A stretch of DNA of 64,000 bases from Oceanispirochaeta sp. (lineage in GTDB: Bacteria; Spirochaetota; Spirochaetia; DSM-2461): the NCBI GenBank assembly GCA_963666275.2, contig CAXXOA010000001.1:1568001-1632000 (forward strand), given 5' to 3'. Every line of letters starts with the position of its first letter. Position 1 is the first letter of the stretch. The notes under the pieces were generated by a model, which saw only the letters and a program-made list of their open reading frames with translations, did no database searches and was not told the origin of the DNA. Below, in pieces: positions 59,812 to 64,000 of the stretch. The position numbers and the translations under genes are program-made.

Positions 59812-59865
59812 ATATGCCACCATGCGATTATTATTGTTGACTTATAACGCGTATTGCGATATTCT
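59812..59865 (+). promoter_or_regulatory. early promoter with two operator-like imperfect inverted repeats
   Basis: TTGACT (59837), 17 bp, TATTCT (59860); ATAACGC-N5-GCGATAT at 59844-59862 and a weaker copy at 59812-59830. Confidence 0.6.
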
Positions 59866-59960
59866 TTAATCAGGTTAAGAAATTAACCACAAAACCCCCA
59901 AAAAATGGGAAGCGGTTACGCCCTGCAAAGCTAATCCACTTCCCGTATAGGAGTATTACT

Positions 59961-60050
59961 ATGTTACAGCGGAGAAAAACAGACCGCAAGTGCAAAACAG
60001 CATTTTTTTTTGGAAGGCGGAAAAAACTCCTTCGGCAGGAGGATTGCTGA
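59961..60050 (+). CDS. 29-aa basic peptide MLQRRKTDRKCKTAFFFGRRKKLLRQEDC (first early ORF, not in the ORF track)
   Basis: AGGAG SD at 59949; stop overlaps the next start (TGATG). Confidence 0.45.
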   Translation: MLQRRKTDRKCKTAFFFGRRKKLLRQEDC

Positions 60051-60283
60051 TGAAGTTTGACAGAAAAGAAGTTGAGAAATTATGCAAATCCTGTGTTAAC
60101 GACCCTATGGATCCAGACATCGACAACGATTGCGATGATTGCATAAATGGCTGTGAATACCTGGAAACCAGGATCCACCAGTTGGAAAGGGAAAATCAGG
60201 AGCTTGTTGATCAAATTGCAGAATCCAGAAAAGGATTCATCAATGCGGAAACAAGAAATGCCAGGGAGGTTTTCTGTGGATAA
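60050..60283 (+). CDS. Cys-rich hypothetical protein with coiled coil (start ATG 60050)
   Basis: AGGAGG SD; CKSC...CDDC...C. Confidence 0.65.
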   Translation: MKFDRKEVEKLCKSCVNDPMDPDIDNDCDDCINGCEYLETRIHQLERENQELVDQIAESRKGFINAETRNAREVFCG

Positions 60284-60671
60284 TAAAAAGATTTGTGCCT
60301 GTTGCGGAAAGCCGGCGGAAGGCCCCGGCAGTGTTGAGATCGGCGTCAAAGGTAATTTCACCCCTTTTTGCTCCTTAAGCTGTTTTAATAAACATATGAA
60401 AGAGAATGCAAAACTGGTCAAAACTTTGGCTGACAGGAAGGAGCTCCTTGCCAGAAAAAGAAATTATAAGAAAGAACGAATCAAACAAGTTCTTTCCCTG
60501 GATAAGGTAGAGACCAGTGATGATTTCTATTTCCTCTATGAAAGCCTTACTGCAAAACAGAGGGAAACATTAGCCACGAAGTTTTTCAGCCATTTGATTG
60601 CTAAAAATAACTGTGTTGTTTCGGACATTCTTAATGAAGTTGAATCAATAGCCCCTAGGGTAAAAGAGTAA
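60276..60671 (+). CDS. TRASH/MYM-type zinc-finger protein (start GTG 60276)
   Basis: GGAGGT SD; CACCGK...FCSLSC. Confidence 0.6.
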   Translation: MDNKKICACCGKPAEGPGSVEIGVKGNFTPFCSLSCFNKHMKENAKLVKTLADRKELLARKRNYKKERIKQVLSLDKVETSDDFYFLYESLTAKQRETLATKFFSHLIAKNNCVVSDILNEVESIAPRVKE

Positions 60672-60673
60672 GT

Positions 60674-60889
60674 ATGCAGGAACCGAAGCATTTGAGGAGA
60701 GGACGAAACGACTATGCCGCTGTTTGCCAGGGAAAGGAAGCTTTTGAAACCTACCGGCTGGCAGAGAAAGTGAAAAAGTCCATGTGCCGGAGAACAACCG
60801 GCGGACTTGACGTTTATCACTGTCCCCATTGCCGGAAGTTCCATATCGGACGGAATAAGTTCAAAGGGAAATATTATGGTTGTAAATAA
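60674..60889 (+). CDS. small phage zinc-finger protein
   Basis: CQGK...YHCPHCRKFHIG. Confidence 0.65.
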   Translation: MQEPKHLRRGRNDYAAVCQGKEAFETYRLAEKVKKSMCRRTTGGLDVYHCPHCRKFHIGRNKFKGKYYGCK

Positions 60890-61106
60890 TATCGTTATAC
60901 GAAATAGAAAAAGTTCAAGATACGAGCTTGCCATGCAGATCCGCCAGTGTCTGACAGACGGAAGGGTCTGGACCGTGGGAGAAGTGGCCAGGGAGCTGGG
61001 ATCCAGTTATCAGCAGATCCAGAATGCTCTGACCTCTCTGACCAACCTGGAGCCGACCCTGGCGGAAGAAGATGACGGAGCCGTATTCATGGTGATAGGA
61101 GGATAA
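60876..61106 (+). CDS. winged-helix HTH protein (start ATG 60876)
   Basis: WTVGEVARELGSSYQQIQNAL. Confidence 0.65.
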   Translation: MVVNNIVIRNRKSSRYELAMQIRQCLTDGRVWTVGEVARELGSSYQQIQNALTSLTNLEPTLAEEDDGAVFMVIGG

Positions 61107-61111
61107 AACTG

Positions 61112-61360
61112 ATGGGAGGGGTAGTAGCAATGGAAGCAAAACCGACTAGAGATGTAAACACTGCCGTAAAAATCCAGTGCGTTATGACCAGAATGGGAAT
61201 AAGCCAGACCCAGCTGGCAAGGAATATCGGGGCGACCCTGCCCATGGTAAACCAGGTTATCTGGGGAACCAAGCAGAGCCGCCGGGTACAGAGTGATATT
61301 GCCAGATCCTTGGGCTTCAAGTCCTGGAACGAACTGAAAAAGCATAAGGAGGTTGTATGA
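61112..61360 (+). CDS. Ner/Cro-like HTH regulator
   Basis: GISQTQLARNIG...VNQVIWG...SRRVQSDIARSLG. Confidence 0.8.
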   Translation: MGGVVAMEAKPTRDVNTAVKIQCVMTRMGISQTQLARNIGATLPMVNQVIWGTKQSRRVQSDIARSLGFKSWNELKKHKEVV

Positions 61361-61647
61361 TCAATGTAGATCCTGAAATAATCGCTGCCAAGGTGACCGA
61401 TCAACTTGGAAATCCCAGCCAAAGCAAAGACCTGGAACTCCTTGCTCTGGACATTGCAAACGCCGCTTCTGTGGAGTTCCTTCAATGGCGGGGCTATGAA
61501 GGGTTGTGGGAGGTAGTCTCAATAATACGGCTTTCTCCAAAGCAGCGGCATCAACTGAAAGAGCACATCAAGCTTATCAAAATTGAGGATATTCTCAGAG
61601 CCAAGACAGCCAAAGTCGGGCCTATGCAGCAGGAGATGTTTGTATGA
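61357..61647 (+). CDS. hypothetical phage protein
   Basis: AGGAGG SD; ATGA overlaps at both ends. Confidence 0.7.
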   Translation: MINVDPEIIAAKVTDQLGNPSQSKDLELLALDIANAASVEFLQWRGYEGLWEVVSIIRLSPKQRHQLKEHIKLIKIEDILRAKTAKVGPMQQEMFV

Positions 61648-61940
61648 GTACCTACACCAACAATGCACAACAGAGGATATGTCGTCTGGTGGAAGAGCTG
61701 GCCGGGAATGAAGACAAAGGGCTGAGCCTGACCGAACTGGCCGAGAAACTCGGGATTTCCACCAGTGCGGTATTCCGGGACTTGAAGAACCTGGAAGAAG
61801 CCGAATGGGCCAGACAGATCGGATCCAACTGGGCGATGGCCCCCCGCGCCGCCGTACCGGCAGTGAAAATCAGAAGAAACCTGGACTCCCTGTTAGGGAA
61901 AGTCAACAAAATCAACAAAGATTACCTGGGAGGTGAATGA
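61644..61940 (+). CDS. IclR-like HTH protein of B3-type transposable phages
   Basis: GLSLTELAEKLGISTSAVFRDLKNL; directly upstream of DUF3102. Confidence 0.8.
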   Translation: MSTYTNNAQQRICRLVEELAGNEDKGLSLTELAEKLGISTSAVFRDLKNLEEAEWARQIGSNWAMAPRAAVPAVKIRRNLDSLLGKVNKINKDYLGGE

Positions 61941-62893
61941 TTATGGGAAAAAAGAAGATTGCTCCTGAAAACAACATTGAAGTGACAGAGGTGGATATTC
62001 CTGCAGCACCGACCCCTGAAGAGCTGGATATGCTTCAGGTTCATCTGGCGGATGTTGATTTGAAATTTGGAGCTGGTAAGGATTACAACAGAGAGAGAAT
62101 TGAGGGAGAAATCTGTACTTATGCTGAGCAGTATAAGAAATCAATTCTTGAAACAGGAAAACGGTTAATCCTCCTGAAAGAGCATGAAGGGCATGGTGGT
62201 TTTCTAGAGAGTCTGAAACGCCTTGACATTGATCCAAGAACTGCCCAGAACATGATGAGCGTGGCTCGTAAGTTTATTGATGAATCAGGAAATGCGAAAG
62301 CGCTTGCGTATTTGCCTCCAACCAAGCTTTACATGCTGGCATCATTGGAAGATGAAGAATTAGATGCTCTTGAAGAAGGAGAAGGTGTTGCGGGTCTAAC
62401 GATTGAGGACGCTGAAAAGTTGTCTTCCAGAGCTCTGAAAAAGAAACTTCAGGAAGTAAGAGCTGAGAAAAAGAGGCTTGAAGAACAGCATCAGCAGGAA
62501 ATTGAGATCAAGGACCAGCTTCTGGAGGATAAGAATAAGAAAATTGATGAGCTGGACGGGAAGCTCCGAATCAGCACTGATCCTTCCAGGTGGAACGAAA
62601 AAGCCGAAGAATACCTGGACCGTCTTCACAGGATTATCCCACAGTCCAGCAGGATTATGGGAGAGATGGCGGAAATTATCGAAGGGATCCAGGCAGTTGA
62701 GACAAAAGACTGGGAACAGTCCCAGAGGATCGTGCTGGAACAGTTCCGGTTCACCTTTGATCAGATCAACGATGACCTGGATAAAATCGACAACATGCTT
62801 CGGTTTGCCGCCCCTGAAGGAAACTCTGTTTTCCACTCTATGAATGCCCTGAGACCTTTATCGACCTCTGAGGAGGAGGCTCTTGATGTTTGA
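61937..62893 (+). CDS. DUF3102 domain protein
   Basis: ETGKRLILLKEHEGHGGF...RTAQNMMSVA; directly upstream of the transposase. Confidence 0.85.
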   Translation: MIMGKKKIAPENNIEVTEVDIPAAPTPEELDMLQVHLADVDLKFGAGKDYNRERIEGEICTYAEQYKKSILETGKRLILLKEHEGHGGFLESLKRLDIDPRTAQNMMSVARKFIDESGNAKALAYLPPTKLYMLASLEDEELDALEEGEGVAGLTIEDAEKLSSRALKKKLQEVRAEKKRLEEQHQQEIEIKDQLLEDKNKKIDELDGKLRISTDPSRWNEKAEEYLDRLHRIIPQSSRIMGEMAEIIEGIQAVETKDWEQSQRIVLEQFRFTFDQINDDLDKIDNMLRFAAPEGNSVFHSMNALRPLSTSEEEALDV

Positions 62894-64000
62894 AGAATAT
62901 ATTCCTGACCTGCAGGGCGCTGGTCGGGGTGACAGGGGTCAAATCATCGATAACATCACCAACCTTTACGGCTGTTCCAAAGATAAGGTCTACCGGGAAT
63001 TGAAAAAAGCCGGATGGACATCCGGACGGAAACGCCGGAGCGATGCGGGAGAGGTTACTGTTTCCAATGAAGCCCTGGAAGCCTTAGGGGCGCGTCTGCT
63101 GGTTGGTGTGCGGAAAAATGGGAAGTGTACAACCGATATTCCTACGGCCAGGCATGAACTGGAGTTGTCCGGGTATCATTTCGGCGTGAGCAATGGACGG
63201 CTGGCAAGCTTGCTCAAAGAGCGTCATCTGGACCTTAAAACCCAGCTGATTCCTACTCCCCATACCAGGTTGAAGTCGCTGCATCCCAACCATGTTCACC
63301 AGGTGGATCCATCCATGTGTCTACTTTACTATCTTCCCAGAGGCGGCCAGAAGATTATCGAGGATGATGAAGCTTACAAAAATAAGCCTTTCCTGGAAGG
63401 GAAAGCCCACTTGAAGATTTGGAGGTATGTGCTGACCGACCACTACTCCTCCAGTATCTGTGTCCGCTATTTCCAGAGAGCCGGTGAGCGGATGGATACC
63501 CTGTGGGAGTTCCTGCTTTATGCCTGGAGTGTTAAGGACGATCCTGCCTATTGTTTTCATGGTGTACCATCGATCCTTCTGATGGACAAAGGATCTGCCA
63601 ACCTGGGAGGCGGTGTTGTAAACGGTCTTAACTCTCTGAGAGTCAGACAGCTTACCCATGCCCCCGGAAAGCCCAGGGTAAAAGGCCAGGTTGAGAATGC
63701 CAATAATCTGGTGGAAAAGCTTTTTGAAAGCCGGTTGAAAACCGACCCGGTGAAGGGCGTTGAAGAGCTGAATGTAAGAGCCAGTTGGTGGTGTGCTTCC
63801 TACAATGCCAATTTGATCGACAGTTATGATTCTACCCTTCGCAGGTCAAAGACATCCCGTCTTGAGCTGTGGAGCCGGATTACCACCAGCCAGCTGAAGG
63901 AACTTCCGGAAGAGGCCAAAGGCCTGCTGGTTGCCAATAGCGAGACCCGTAAGGTAGCCGGGGATCTGACAGTCAGCTTTGTACACCCCAAGTTGAAAGA
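62886..64000 (+). CDS. MuA-family DDE transposase (B3/BcepMu type), 3'-truncated by the window edge; absent from the ORF track
   Basis: Hand translation MFEEYIPDL...RKRRSDAG...SLHPNHVHQVDPS...YKNKP...TDHYS...GVP..LLMDKGSAN...PRVKGQVE; GAGGAGG SD; no stop seen up to 64000. Confidence 0.93.
   Translation, partial: MFEEYIPDLQGAGRGDRGQIIDNITNLYGCSKDKVYRELKKAGWTSGRKRRSDAGEVTVSNEALEALGARLLVGVRKNGKCTTDIPTARHELELSGYHFGVSNGRLASLLKERHLDLKTQLIPTPHTRLKSLHPNHVHQVDPSMCLLYYLPRGGQKIIEDDEAYKNKPFLEGKAHLKIWRYVLTDHYSSSICVRYFQRAGERMDTLWEFLLYAWSVKDDPAYCFHGVPSILLMDKGSANLGGGVVNGLNSLRVRQLTHAPGKPRVKGQVENANNLVEKLFESRLKTDPVKGVEELNVRASWWCASYNANLIDSYDSTLRRSKTSRLELWSRITTSQLKELPEEAKGLLVANSETRKVAGDLTVSFVHPKLK

Larger units (their letters stand above)
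47734..64000. mobile_element. Mu-like transposable prophage (B3/BcepMu-type transposase), continuing past the window end
   Basis: Mu gp26/gp27/gp28/gp29/gp30-like genes, CI-like repressor, Ner-like HTH, DUF3102 and DDE transposase; putative TG terminus with repeats. Confidence 0.93.

Noticed and set aside
60003..60011. T9 homopolymer as a phase-variation or frameshift site in the first early ORF
   Set aside because: The frame as given already ends in a clean TGATG coupling; there is no evidence of slippage without read data.
63084..63659. Minus-strand ORFs at the window end
   Set aside because: Shadows of the plus-strand transposase, which the ORF track missed because it has no stop inside the window.

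Overview
Chromosomal window from a free-living-type spirochaete. The taxon (Spirochaetaceae-like) is inferred from the ompH-mutS, rimP-nusA-infB-rbfA-truB-rpsO-pnp, rpsF-ssb-rpsR-rplI-dnaB and rpsB-tsf-frr-uppS-cdsA-dxr-rseP clusters and a Zn-ribbon-tailed NusA. Bases 1-33.9 kb are core housekeeping genes with several ribosomal-protein leader and terminator structures. Bases 34-47.6 kb hold accessory genes: USP, dinB, ybjQ, hrpA, an RCK K+ channel, an HD-GYP protein, coaX-pdxS-pdxT and DUF2271. From about 47.73 kb to the window end lies a Mu-like (B3/BcepMu-type transposase) transposable prophage with an unusual layout. It runs: putative TG terminus; lysis cassette (cysteine-peptidase-like endolysin candidate, holins, overlapped spanins); terminase, portal and a MuF with a C-terminal HExxH metallopeptidase plus a small acidic partner; an AT-rich convergent cargo block read in the same direction as a cleavable CI-like repressor; then the early operon (Ner-like, HTH, DUF3102, DDE transposase, cut by the window edge). 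The best novelty candidates are a RexAB-like soluble + 4-TM gene pair at the end of the repressor-linked cargo, the MuF-zincin/immunity pair, the endolysin candidate, and several structured leaders (pan-like hairpin before coaX, possible kissing-loop leader before USP). All family calls are by eye from motifs and synteny; no searches were run.
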